A DNA stretch of 63,257 bases, the filler included, from Reclinomonas americana ATCC 50394 (lineage: Eukaryota): the NCBI GenBank assembly GCA_048213135.1. It is 18 parts of 18 records of this genome, joined end to end, with 100 filler letters (N's around TTAATTAATTAA, not from the genome) between each part and the next. Parts side by side here need not be neighbours in the genome. Positions count along the whole stretch, not along the records: positions 1 to 1,762 come from AFZH01020770.1; positions 1,863 to 10,861 come from AFZH01020772.1; positions 10,962 to 12,217 come from AFZH01020773.1; positions 12,318 to 16,272 come from AFZH01020774.1; 14 more parts are not named here. One strand, written 5' to 3'. This document shows, in pieces, positions 1 to 13,223 of this stretch (position 1 is the stretch's first letter; each line of letters starts with the position of its first letter). Made by a program: the position numbers and the translations under genes. The notes under the pieces are model-generated. The model ran no database searches, was not told the origin of the DNA, and saw only the letters and a program-made list of their open reading frames with translations.

Positions 1-303
1 CCATCAGCAACTGCACCTTCACATCGAATACTGCAAACAGCAATCAGAAAGGTGGTTCTTCGAACGGTGAGTGGTATGAATGACACTTGGTGTGTGTGCG
101 CGTGGTGCATGTTGTTCTTATGTTCCGGTTCAAGATGCGTGTATGAGAGTGAATGTGTGTGAGGTTGATTGCATGTACGATGGCCTGGTTGATGTGTGCT
201 CTTTGCTTGTAGGCGGTACGACTGCGGATAGCAGCGGGAACACAAATGGTGGTGGTGTCATGCTGATCTATGCGATTGCATCTACGGGTCAGGTGTGTTC
301 TCA

Positions 304-334
<31 letters not shown>

Positions 335-888
335 TGTTGGTTGTATGTTTGCACAAGCTTGGAAAGAGTTGAGAGACTGATTGCTTTCATGTCACTCTCA
401 CTTTGTGTGCGTCTTCTTCGTGTTGGTGTTGTTGTTGTCGGTTGTTGCAGACCATCAGCAATTGCATCTTCACATCGAATACTGCAAACTACAATGGGAA
501 TGGTGGTTTTGTGAACGGTGAGTAGCATGAAGGACAGTTGGTGTATGTGCATGTGGCGCATGTTGTTTTTTGTTCCGGTTTTAGGTGTGTATATGAGAGT
601 GAATGTGTGTGTGAGGTTGATTGCACGTACGATGACCTGGTTGATGTGTGCCTTTTTGCTCGCAGATGGCGGCACGAGTGCGGATAGCAGCGGTAACACG
701 AATGGTGGTGGTGTCATGCTGATCAACAACGCCGGTATCTCTACAAACCAGGTGTGTTCTCTCCCTCTCTCTTTCACTCTCTCCCTTTCCTTTTGTTGGT
801 TGTATGTTTGCACAAGCTTGGAAAGAGTTGAGTGGTTGTTAGTCTTCGTGTCACGCTCACTTTGTGTGCGTCTTTTTCGTGTTGTTGC

Positions 889-919
<31 letters not shown>

Positions 920-1399
920 GCTGCAGACTATCAGCAACTGCATCTTCACATCGAATACTGCAAGCAACAATGGGAATGGTGGTTTTGTGAACAGTGAGTA
1001 GTATGAATGACACTTGGTGTACGTGCGTGTGGTGCATGTTGTTCTTATGTTCTGGTTTTAGGTGTGTATATGAGAGTGAATGTGTGTGTGAGGTTGATTG
1101 CACGTACGATGACCTGGTTGATGTGTGCCTTTTTGCTCGCAGATGGCGGCACGAGTGCGGATAGCAGCGGTAACACGAATGGTGGTGGTGTCATGCTGAT
1201 CAACAACGCCGGTTTCTCAAACCAGGTGTGTTCTCTTTCTCTCTTTCTCTCTTTCTCTCTCTTTCCTATTGTTGGTTGTATGTTTGCACAAGCTTGGAAG
1301 AGTCGAGAGGCTGCTTGTTTTCGTGTCACTCTGACTTTGTGTGCATCTTATTGTTGTTGTTGTTATTGTTGGTGTTGTTGTTGTTGTTATTGTTGGTGT

Positions 1400-1432
<33 letters not shown>

Positions 1433-2179
1433 CGTTGTAGTTGTTGCAGACCATCTGCAACTGCACCTTCACATCGAATACTGCAAGCAACAATGGGAAT
1501 GGTGGTGTTCATGGTGAGTAGTATGAATGACACTTGGTGTGTGTGTGTGGTACTGTTGTTCTTATGTTGCGGTTTAAGATGTAGGTGTGTGAGTGAATGT
1601 GTGTGTGAGATTGATTGCATGTACGATTGACCTTGTTGATGTGTGTGTTTTTGCTTGTAGGTACGACGAGTGCGGATAGCAGCAGTAACACGAATGGTGG
1701 AGGTGTCATGCTGATCAACGCCGATACCTCTACAACAAACCAGGTGTGTTCTCTCTCTCTCTNNNNNNNNNNNNNNNNNNNNNNNNNNNNNNNNNNNNNN
1801 NNNNNNTTAATTAATTAANNNNNNNNNNNNNNNNNNNNNNNNNNNNNNNNNNNNNNNNNNNNATGTTGTTCTTATGTTGCGGTTTGCGATACGTGTATGA
1901 GAGTGAATGTGTGTGTGTGAGGTTGACTGCACGTACGATGACCTGGTTGATGTGTGCTCTTTGCTTGCAGAATACGGTGCGAGTGCGGATAGCAGCAGTA
2001 ACACGAATGGTGGAGGTGTCATGCTGATCAACGCCCTTCAAGGGCCAGCAAACCAGGTGTGTTCTCTTTCTCTCCCTTTCCGCCTTTCATATTGATGGTT
2101 GTGTGTTTGCACAAGCTTGGAAAGAGTTGAGAGATTGTTTTGTTTTCGTGTCACTCTCACTTTGTGTGCGTCTTCTTCG

Positions 2180-2219
<40 letters not shown>

Positions 2220-2299
2220 GCAGACCTCGACAATCAGCAACTGCACCTTCACGTCGAATTCTGCAAATAACAATGGGAATGGCGGCTCCAGCTCTACGG
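1..2299 (+). repeat. Tandem array of about 480-bp exon A/intron/exon B/intron units (at least 5 copies, interrupted by a gap)
   Basis: TISNCxFTSNTA exons and ADSSxNTNGGGVMLI exons recur together with near-identical introns, for example 518-751 vs 994-1225. Confidence 0.95.
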
Positions 2300-5200
2300 G
2301 TGAGGCCGCCTACGCCACCACGACGGCAATGGCATTGTAATCCCATGATTTTGGATTCTAAAACACGAATGTTCTCGTGCGTCGCCGTACACAGTTTCAG
2401 CCAGTGCCTCTGGCAGCGTGAATGGAGGTGGAGCGATTCTGGTATCGTTAGCCGCTGGTTCGATGTCGAATCTGGTTCGTGCCAACTTGGTTGTTGCCAT
2501 CATTGTATATCCGATTCTCACACAATCCCACAAACAGATAATTGAGTACTGCCGCTTCGATAGGAACGCGGCCAGCACAAATGGAAATGGTGGATCGAGT
2601 CAACTCACAAACAGCGCATCAGGTTCTCAAAATGGAGGTGGCGCATTGCTTGTGTCACTCGCGAGCAACACGAACACGGTTTCTCGCTCCATCGCCGTTC
2701 TGCGTAACTGCCTGAACTCATTATCACGCTTGCGCAGGCGGTTTTACGGGGCTGCTCATTCCTCTCCAATGTGGCTTCATGGAATGCTGTTGGAGGCAGT
2801 AGTGCCAACCGCGGCGATGCCACCGGGTCAGCCAGTGGCGGTGGTGCCGTCCTGGCCGCTCTTCCTGGCATTCTCGAGGTTCTGCTTGTCGTCTTCATCA
2901 AGTGTCTCAAAGTGTCACTCACTTGTCGCGTTGTGCTGCTCATACAGATCTCCGGCTGCACCTTTTTCAACAATTTTGCAGGTGGCAATGGTGATCCCCA
3001 CTCTCGTTATGCACGAAAATCATTACCCTGCACTCCTGCTCATCGTTCACACAGGAAACGGGGGAAGCGGAAATACATCGTCGGGAAGCAGCCTTGCAAC
3101 ATTCTCCGGCGGAGGCGCTCTGCTTGTCTTCTCCGCCCCAAATTCTGCATCCTTCCTGGTCTGTCTGCCTGTCACTGAGTGCATCCGCCTTTGCAAAGTC
3201 CTGAGTCTCTCACCTTCACCGTGCAGACGCTCAGCCAGTCCCTGTTTCTCAACAACACATCGTGGCGCAACGGTGCGGGCGGTTTCAACAGCACGATCGG
3301 TGCATCTTTTGGCGGCTTCAATGGTGGAGGAGCGACGCTGCTGGTTGCACCGTCGACAACAGTTGCACGGTTTCTGTTGCTCATAATGTCGTGCTCGAAG
3401 CTCATTCACTCGCCCTTTTCCTTCCGCTCTTAGGGCACATTCAACGTTACGGGTTGCACATTCGTCGGCAACCAGTCTCTCCGTGACGGTGCGGGTGGCC
3501 TCAGCAACACTCTCAATGGGCAAGGCAGCAACCACAACGGTGGTGGTGCCGTGCTGTTGGTGAATTCGCCCTCATACCTCTCCGCTTCTCAGTTTGTCGA
3601 CAACCGCGTGGAGGATGCTGGTGCTGGCAATGCGCTGTATCCTTCTGGTGGATTCTGCGGTGGCGGTGCGGTGCTCGCCGTTGACGGTGCCGCGGTTTCC
3701 TCGTCCACCCTGACTGGCAACTCTGTGCAATCGTCTGTCCCGCTTGTCATTGCCGGTCGCTCTCATGGTGGTGGCGCAATGCTGCTCGACGCATCAAGCT
3801 CAGCCACTGGATGTATCATCTCGGGCAACTCCGTGTCTGGCGAACACGTAACTGGTGGCGGTGTGCTGGTGGGAGCGCAGTCTCTCCTTGCCGCATCTCA
3901 TGTCTCGGGGAACACTGCGCTGGAAACGGGTGGTGGTGGCGTGGCCATGAGCGGACAGGGCTGCAAGATTGTGGACTCTTTCGTCACGTCCAACTCGGCG
4001 CCAAATGGATACGGTGGTGGAGTGGTATTCAACGAAGTGGCCACCTCGGCCACAATCAGCAACACTAGTATCTCGAGCAACACGGCGCTGTATGGTGGTG
4101 GACTTGCTGTGCGTGCCGAACAGGCACACTTGCAGATCCAATCACAATCGGTTGTGGAAGGCAATCAGGCCTTTAGCGGTGGCGGCGTATTTCTGACCGC
4201 CACCGCCACGCTTGCCGTGTCGAGTGGTACGAGTGTGCAGAACAACAACGCGCTTAATTTCGGTGGCGGAATGTTTGCCGACCTGCGGTCCTCGTCTTCC
4301 TGGTCGAATGCCTTCATCGTCGGCAATTCTGCACCCTTTGGTAGCGGCCTGTTTATTGACCAGAACAGCAAGCACACGCTGATCGGAACGTCACTCCGCA
4401 GCAACGAGGCGACTGCCGATGGTGGTGGCGTGTACGCTGATGGCGTGTCGCAGGTCAGTCTCGCCAACTGCTATGTGGCGGCCAACGATGCCACCCTGGC
4501 CGGAGGTGGCATGTACGTGTCCCAAACAGCCAATGTCACATCGTCCACCACCCAGTTCCTGAGCAACACAGCTGCCACCTCCGGCGGTCATGTGACTACG
4601 CAAGGACTGGGAATGTGGACGGATACGGGCAGCACACTGAGTGCTGGCCTGGCACAGTTGTGGGGCGGTGCATTGTATGCCGCCGGCAGCTCAAGCACCA
4701 CGCTACGGGGATCCCGACTGCTCGCCAATCGTGTCGCTGGTGGTGGCGGTGGTGGAGTGTCGGCGGCGGAGACTGCGCGAGTGGCAATTACGGCAGTGAC
4801 AGTGGAGGGAAACCAAGCTGAGAACGGCGGTGGTGTGTACACGGATAACAGTCCGCAAGTGAACATCACGCGCTCGCTGCTGATGAACAACACGGCGACA
4901 ACAGTTGGTGGCGGACTCTTTGCCGGTGGCGCTGCCATGTTCAACTGCTCAAACACTCGTTTTGCAATCAACCACGCCGAGCATGGTGATGGTGGTGGAG
5001 CATCGGTGGTGGACACGACGACGACTTCCTTTGTCTCGACGACGTTTGCTAACAACTGGAGTGGAGCACGCGGTGGTGGCCTGGCTGTCAATATCACTCA
5101 ATCTAGAGTGGGTTCTGTCGGTGTGCTTCTATATGGTGTGTCAGTGTATGACAACCATGCGGTGGCGCCTCTGGGTCAACCGCGGTTGGTTGGCGAGGGT

Positions 5201-8200
5201 GCCGGTGGCGGCTTGTTTTGGAATGGTGGTGGCAATCCGTCCACGCTGGCTGCTGTATCGCAGTCCTTCGCTGCTGCTGGCGGATGGTCATCGTGGATGC
5301 AACAGCGGCAATTAAACGTCACTGGTAACCTGGCCAGTAACTCGCTGGCGAATGATGTCGGTAGCAGTTGCGTTGAATGTGATGAACACAAATCTCTTTA
5401 CTTGTCTTTTGAAGGCTCGTGCTCCACTGCAGCGCTGTACTCTGTGGTAATGGACTCGAGCAGTGATGTGCTGTATCCATCGCCACAGCAACCACGAGTT
5501 ATACAGGTGAACGCTACGGATGTCTTTGGTCAGTTCATGTCGACACTGGACAACACCCAGTTCCATGTCACTTGCTCCTCGGGTTGCAACCCAGCGGTTT
5601 GTCGTGGATAGTCATCTCTTCCTTCAGAATTGCGCCGCACTGACGAAACCCGCCCACTTATGCAGACAAGCTCTCTGTCGGAGTCGACCGTGAATGGAAC
5701 TGCGACATTCCAGTTGACGATTGTCAAGGGCGGGGCGAATCCAACCCAAGGCATTCGCGCGCATCTGCGCGACAGCAGTGATTCTGTGAGCATCAGCATC
5801 ACCACTGGCTCTGGTGGTGGCTTTGTCGGCCCGCAGCCTGAGCTCTCATTGCCACTGGCAGCCTGTCCTGCGGGATACCAGTATTCTACTGATATTGGCT
5901 GCCTGCAATGCCCCCCTGGGCGGTATGCGCTGCCGACGAGTGCGTTCAATCAGACGTGTTTGCCGTGTCCAGCCAATGCCGACTGCCTCGGCGGAACGCA
6001 AATGGAAGTGCAGTCGCAGTTCTGGACCTTCCCAGTTGATGCTGACTGGCAGATTGAGGGTGTCTTGTCCAAAGGGTGGACTGGCACGCTGGTTTCGCCA
6101 CCATCAACCGTGGTGGCATACCTCTGTCCCTATGATTACTGCGAACGCGGTGATGACGCTAGCCAAACTTTGGTTGCAGTCGACGCCGAATACTGCAGTG
6201 AGGAGACGAATCGCGCGTCAGACTCACCGCTGTGTGGAGCATGTAAGGTGGGTAACATGTCGGTGCAGCGAGGGGACGATGGTTTTCTCACAGGAATGTG
6301 CAGGAGGGCTACTCTCAGTGGCAGGGAGTGTGCATTCCGTGCGAGGCCACGTCCGGCTGGGCGCGCTTGTGGATATTTACAAAGATGCTTGCCTTTGTGC
6401 TATTCATCCACGTCTTCTTCCAGATTGATGTTGGCGGAGGTATGCAATCCGGGAGAAGAGACGTGAATTGCGAAAGTGAGATGGAAGAGATGGGAAACGC
6501 GTGGGCGATAAGAGCTATGGACTGGGAAGCGAGTACTAGAGGAAAGGAGACATGTGATGCGTGAGAGGAGCGATGAGGGAAGCCGCAAGTAGTGCAAGAC
6601 ACAGCGAGTGGGAGAGAGATGGTAACACGACGCAGTCGAAGGAGAGACAGCAAGAGAGAGGACATGAAGCAAGTTGCGGCAGCAGAACTCGAGGCAGTTG
6701 GAGAGGATTGCAAACAATGCTCCTTGTGAATGGAATAGACTCCCTCAAGACTGACCCACATGTGTATTCGCTTGTAGCATCTGCCGAAATCATCATCTTC
6801 ACGCTCCAGACCACCACGCTGCTCTTCTACCCCAACGTGGAACTCATCTCTCTCAACCGACTGCTCACCTTTGTCGTGCCGCGCATTCTGGATGTCGGCT
6901 GTCCGTTCAACACCGACGCTGTGGGTGACCTGTTGGCTCGTGTCGTATCGCCATTTGTGTCGCTGGCGATCTTGTGGGCCTGCTTCGGCCTCCACTGGCT
7001 GCTTGCAAGAGCATTGGTGCGCTGCATCCATCGTGGCTCGACGAGCGGACGATGGCCGCGATTCGTCGCCTGGTTCAGGCTTATCGCCTCGCCGCACCAC
7101 TACATTCTGACGACGGTTGTGCTGTTGCTGGGAGCGTACGAGGGCCTGGCGGAGACGGCGATTACGTTCTTCACGTGCACGGAGGTCGGCAACAGTCATG
7201 TTGTGCTCTTTTCACCCAGCATTGTGTGCTACGAGGGAGTGTTGCGTTTGATTTTGCAGTGAAGCGGCTGTCTCGTTCCGTGCTGATCAGCAAACGTGTG
7301 TGCGCAGGTGGCAGCGACTGATTCCGCTCTTCGCCGTGCTGCTGGCAGCCACTCTCAGTGTGCCAGTGTTGGTGGTGTGGTGGACCGTGCGCCTGCGTCG
7401 GCAAAAGAGACTGCATGACGAGAAGGTTGGTGGGATTGCAAGTAATCAGCGTGAGAAGCCATTGTCTCATTCTTGTGCGACAGACTCGGCGACGATTCGG
7501 TGTGTTGTACGATCACTTCCGGCCTCCGGTGGTGTGGTATCAAGGTGAGTGACACGAAGGGAAGGGTGGAAGAGAGGGAGAGATCACAATGCACGCGGGT
7601 AGGTTGATGCTTTTCTCCGATGTATTCTCTGCGTCACTCTTTCACGTGCAAGACGAGGTATTGCAATTGCTGGGTGCGCACAGCAAATCATGCCCAAAAG
7701 TTGCTGAGAGCGTGAGGTCCAGAGTGCATACGAACGCACTGATGCTTGATTGTTTGCTTCTCCGCTGTGCTGTCTGTGTGTCACTCTTACACATATTTGC
7801 ACTACGCACGGCAAATAGTTGCACTTGTGCCACTTATCATCGAAAAGAGTCTCGTGTACGCACCTCACTGAGGGACAAACAAGCACACAGTATGGGAATA
7901 CAAAGGACAACAATTGCCCCACCAGCAATATTACAGATGAAGGTCGTCACCGCTGCGCACCGAGCATTACTTCTCACTATTCCTTTTCGGTACATCAGGC
8001 TATCAACTCTGTCGACGTCTGATCATCCTCGCTGTGCTCTTCCCTCTCGCCGCCACGGGATCAATCGACATCCTCCCACTGGCGCTGTGGGTGGTGTGTG
8101 TCGCCTTCCTCGCGGTGCATCTCGTCGTTCGCGCCTATGAACATCTCTTGTACAATGTGCTGGAGGTGAGTCGTGCACTGTGAGTGCGGACACACATGCA

Positions 8201-8666
8201 TTCTCATTGTGTGTGTGCTTGGCAGGCCATCGGTCTCGGCTCCCTGGTTATCATCTCCACTGTGTTCACGTCACACGCATCTCCGCGCTTCAAGGTCGTC
8301 ACTTGCGTCGTGATACTCTCGCTGGTTGGTGCAGTGTTGGTGGGTCCAGTAGTGCTGTCTGGCATCAAGGCTGTGGTGGCATTTTGCCGACGTCGGCAGA
8401 GGCGAGGATCGGCAGCCTCTGATGGTGAGCTTCGACTGGGAGGCGGGGATTCTCGATGCACAGAACTCTCATTACCCTCTCTCTCTCACTGTATCCCTCC
8501 CCCTCACTCATGTGCCGCGTGCACAACAGAAATCGAGATGCAAGTGGGTGCAAGCCGTCATGTGCAAGTCACCAGCGATTCCACGCTCCATGCGCCGCTT
8601 TTGGAGGCTGCCGACGAGGATGACAACAGAACCGAACATCGCGGCATGGTCACAGGAGCTGTTTGA
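1..8666 (+). CDS. Large receptor-like membrane protein, 5' partial, about 25 exons: parallel beta-helix (Pmp/pectin-lyase-like GGG/GGA and FxxN repeats), Cys-rich CxxCPxG (GCC2/GCC3-like) region, then about 7-8 TM helices
   Basis: Exons join in frame at GT-AG: <1-66, 213-292, 451-517, 666-751, 927-993, 1143-1225, 1450-1513, 1661-1743, 1971-2056, 2224-2299, further short exons, a long exon from 3434 (contains ORF 3551-5611, NxAxxGGG repeats), then CPAGYQY..CLQCPPGRYA..CLPCPANADC, then TM exons with FGVLYDHFRPPVVWYQ and LYNVLE. Stop TGA at 8664-8666. Confidence 0.85.
1763..1862. other. Scaffold gap linker N44-TTAATTAATTAA-N44 (first of 17; others start at 10862, 12218, 16273, 17750, 23800, 29295, 32349, 34367, 37566, 39098, 41498, 44417, 46656, 47908, 57962, 60610)
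   Basis: Identical 100-nt spacer with stops in all six frames, usually placed inside intronic simple repeats. Confidence 0.98.
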
Positions 8667-8851
8667 TTCAGTGTGTCACACAAGAGTGCTGAATCCCTCT
8701 CATTTATGAAAGTGTGCCACTCGGAGCGTCGCCAGCTGATTGATACCAACAGAGTAGTACGTCCATTCCATTTGCTGATCATTCGCCGCAATCTAAATTC
8801 AACCCGCCATTCTCAAGATCTCAACTCTAATTTCTCCCCTTTACTCCCCGT

Positions 8852-11800
8852 CTACTCCTCCACCTCCCCCTCCTTCCCTCTCCCCCTCTCCTCCCCCCGC
8901 CTCCGCTTGCCCACCCCCGCCTCATCACTCTCCCCCGCCGCCACCGTCTTCTCCCCCCGCAGCCTCCGCGTCACCACGAACACACGCCGCCACATCGCTT
9001 CCTCCCCGCCCTCCTCCACCGACGACTGGACACGCGCAGCGACTCCACCTGCATCACGCAAGTCAGCCATCTAATCCCAACAACAACACAATCACATAGC
9101 ATTAGAAGTTGTCGAACCTCGGCAACACTGGCAGTCCACCAGCCATCGCACGCCAAACAGAACCAACTTTCGCAGCGAACCAGCTGCGCAGAAAACCACC
9201 AAGCGTGAGGAGCGAGCGGTGACAAAAGGCGACATCAACAACACAAACCTGACAACTCCATTCCGCCGCCACTCAACGCCGACGCCAGCGCGTTCAACAC
9301 AAGCGGTCCGCCGCTACACTGTTCCATCCCGCCCGCCGAGCCAACAACTCGCTGCTGCATCCCCGCACGGCGCACGCGCACAAGCGAGTCGCAGAGTTGC
9401 GCCGACTCCACCGGCTGCAGAGCGCGAGGCACGACGAGCAACGCCGTCACCAGCCGACGAGCACAGTCGCCACTTACGTCATTGCTGGTCTCCCCAATCG
9501 TGCACACTGCCACATGCAGCAGCTCCATAACCAGCGGACACGCCACAGCCGCGGCCTGACGCATCCGCAAGAGGCCAGTTGCGAGCGACATGGCGACCGT
9601 GGTGGGCATCAGTCCGGCCAGTCCACGCATGCGGTACGAGCACAGGACGCCGGCGATTGTGATAAGGCGGTGAGTGCGGTCCACAAGCCGCAGGCCGGGA
9701 GCAGCCGAGGTCTCCGTGCTGCTCTGGCAGTAAATTCCTGCGAGGAAGACAAGTGAGGAGAGCGGCCAATCAACGGTGGTAAGGAAACCAATGGTGAACG
9801 CAACGAGCAATTGATTCAGCCACCGACCACACTGCATGACGCAGTTGCACGGTAATGACGCCCGTTCTGAACGGCGCCAGCGGGATGCCCTTGGTCACAC
9901 ACTCGAGCCACAACAGAACCGCATCCAGTGCCTCCTCCTGGAACTCGGTTCGCACGGCGAGGAGTGGCGGCGAGACGACACTCGGGATCCAAGCTGATGC
10001 ACAAGAAATGAGAAAGAGGGTGGTAGGAGATTCACTTTTAACGAGACGCACCCAGAAGCCCGTGATGAGCTACGAGATCGGCGGCTGCCGAGGGAATGCG
10101 ACAGAGACCAGTGAAAATCTGCGCAGAGGGTCAATTAGTTTCAAAGTAGGAAGGGAGAGCAGAGTGGGAAGGGAAGAGAGGGAGAAGAGCGAGAGAGTGA
10201 GAGAGAGGAGGAGGAGAGGGAGATGAATGTGAGAATAAAAGAGAGCACAGCGAGAGGGGAGCAGAGCGATAGAGGAGCAGAGCGAGAGAGGAGCAGAGCG
10301 AGAGAGGAGCAGAGCGAGAGAGGAGCAGCGCGAGAGAGGAGCAGCGCGAGAGAGGAGCAGCGCGAGAGAGGAGCAGCGCGAGAGAGGAGCAGCGCGAGAG
10401 AGGAGCAGCGCGAGAGAGGAGCAGCGCGAGAGAGGAGCAGCGCGAGAGAGGAGCAGCGCGAGAGGGGAGCAGAGCGAGAGGGGAGCAGAGCGAGAGGGGA
10501 TCAGAGCGAGAGATGAGAAGAGCGAGAGAGGGAGCAGAGCGAGAGAGAGAAACAGAGAGAGAGAGAGAGAGCACAGCGAGAGGGGAGCAGAGCGACAGGG
10601 GAGCAGAGCGAGAGGGGAGCAGAGAGAGAGAGAGAGAACGGCAGATCGAAGAAGAGCACACCGAGAGAGCACACCGAGAGAGGGACAGAGCGAGAGAGGG
10701 AGCACACCGAGAAAGGGAGCAGCGCGAGGCAGGAGCAGCGCGAGGCAGGAGCAGCGCGAGGCAGGAGCAGCGCGAGGCAGGAGCAGCGCGAGGCAGGAGC
10801 AGCGCGAGGCAGGGCAGCGCGAGGCAGGAGCAGCGCGAGGCAGGAGCAGCGCGAGGCAGGCNNNNNNNNNNNNNNNNNNNNNNNNNNNNNNNNNNNNNNN
10901 NNNNNTTAATTAATTAANNNNNNNNNNNNNNNNNNNNNNNNNNNNNNNNNNNNNNNNNNNNGGAGCAGCGCGAGGCAGGCGCAGCGCGAGGCAGGAGCAG
11001 CGCGAGGCAGGAGCAGCGCGAGGCAGGCGCAGCGCGAGGCAGGAGCAGCGCGAGGCAGGAGCAGCGCGTGGGAGAAGCAGCGCGAGGGAAAAGCAGCGCG
11101 TGGGAGAACATCGAGAGAAGGGGCACAGCGAGAGAAAGCTCAGCGAGAGGGAACTCAGCGAGAGGGAGATCAGCGAGAAAAGAGACAGTTCGAGAGGGGA
11201 GCAGAGCGAGGGAGGGAGCAGAGCGAGGGAGGGAGCAGAGCGAGGGAGCAGCGAGAACGAATACAGCAGGAACGAAAGTGAATTAAATCAACAGAAGCAC
11301 GTAGTGACAAACGCAAGATGGCACACAGAAACAGAAACACAGGAAAAGCAGAGATACAGAGAACACAGAATCAGCAATGCAGAGACTTAATCATGAAGAT
11401 AGAAGAGGATTGAGAGGCCGTGGTTGTGAGAGCTACATCCAGCGCACACCCGCACCTGCAAGATCGCGCGGCACTCCGCCTCCTCCACAGACGAGTGCGA
11501 GTACAAGGTCATGAGCTGATGGAGGGCGTGACGACGTCGGAGCATGAGATAGTCCTGGAGCCACTGCAAGTGAGTTAAAGCTCATATAAAAAGGCGTGAG
11601 GACTCACGCAACAGCAGAGTGCAGGGAGCCGCCGGCCAGTAGCGACAGCACAAACTGACGATCGCGTTTCCAACTCAGATTCGTCGAGTGGAAAAGGTCT
11701 TGGAAAACAGGAAGAATGGTGTCGTCCAGGCACACGTCGCGAATGATGAATCGGGAAACGGCAGTAAACTGCGAGTGCGATGGCTGCAGAAGTACAGGGA

Positions 11801-13185
11801 CCTGCACCAATGCGAAAGGGATGAGAGATGAAGTGAGAACTCGAGAAGAGAGTGGTGAACGGCGTGGAGTAAGTGTCCTTTGATTTACACCACGACACGG
11901 GATGGACTTACCGCACAGGCAAGGAACGTGGCAAGTGTTCCAGGAAGGATTGCGCACGGCTCCGACACCGTGTTGCGCAAGCACTCAAGAACAGCGAGCA
12001 GTGGCGTCCGACTGCGCAGAGTGGAGTCCAGCACTCGCTGGTGCGTGAGTGCAATCACGTCGTAGGCCTGCAAAATAACGATTAGCACATTGACGCGCGA
12101 CGGAAAGGTCACTAGTCTCTGTTACAATGCCCCTTCCCAACCCACATCTCACTCTCTACCATTGTCAGCTGAATCTTCGGAGGCCTTATCCCTTCCTTGT
12201 GTTGAACTCCTGATCTCNNNNNNNNNNNNNNNNNNNNNNNNNNNNNNNNNNNNNNNNNNNNTTAATTAATTAANNNNNNNNNNNNNNNNNNNNNNNNNNN
12301 NNNNNNNNNNNNNNNNNCCTTCCCTTCACCCCATTCCCTTTACTTACTGACCCCTTCCCTTCACCCCCCACACCCTTCCCTTTACCCCACCCCACCACTC
12401 ACCACCCCCCTCACACCCTCCACCACCGACGAGCACGCCGCAATCGCCAGCGACAGCACCCCCGACGAAGCCACCCTCCGCAAATCCAAACTCTGATCCG
12501 CCAGCTGCAACACACAGTGTGCAAACTGCGCGCGAGATCACACCCCCTGTCAGCCCCCACGCCGAAGCGCCAAATAAAAGAGACGCGCCACACTCACTTG
12601 CAGCAGGAATCGCGGGTCGTACACACGCAGTCGTCGCGCACGTGATGCTTCGCTTTCCCAGCCAACCGACGATCCATGACTCGCCTCCTGCCCGCGCACG
12701 AAGTGAGTAATCGATGGACGCAATAAAGCTGCAGCACCACGAACCAAGGCTGAGAGAACGGCCTCCACCGCCGAGAAGTAAGCGTACGTCTCCGTCACTC
12801 GTTCGGCAACCACCTGGCAGACGCAGAGTGATGAGCACCGGAATCGTGAAGGAGTGAGTCTCGGCTTACGTACCCAAGTCTCGAGGCCTTCCGGGAGCCA
12901 TTCAGTCAACTTGCCAGTCGGCAGCGGCACATACGGTTCACGCAGGAGCAACTCTGTACCGAGGGACAGGCATAAGCGACAAGAAAGCAGAGGGATGTAA
13001 ACACTCATTCACATTTTATCTCTGACTGTCTATATGTCTGTCTGTTTGTCTGTGTTCCGCGTCTCTTCTCTGCTCCTGCGTCTTGTTCACTTTCATGTCT
13101 CTCTGTGCTCTTCCTCCCGCGCATGTGCGTCTTGTATTCCGTCTCTGCACCGACTTCACTTCATATTGCTCTCTCTGTCGATCTG

Positions 13186-13223
<38 letters not shown>

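Noticed and set aside
1807..1818. Recurring TTAATTAATTAA palindrome
   Set aside because: Artificial six-frame-stop linker in the centre of every N gap.
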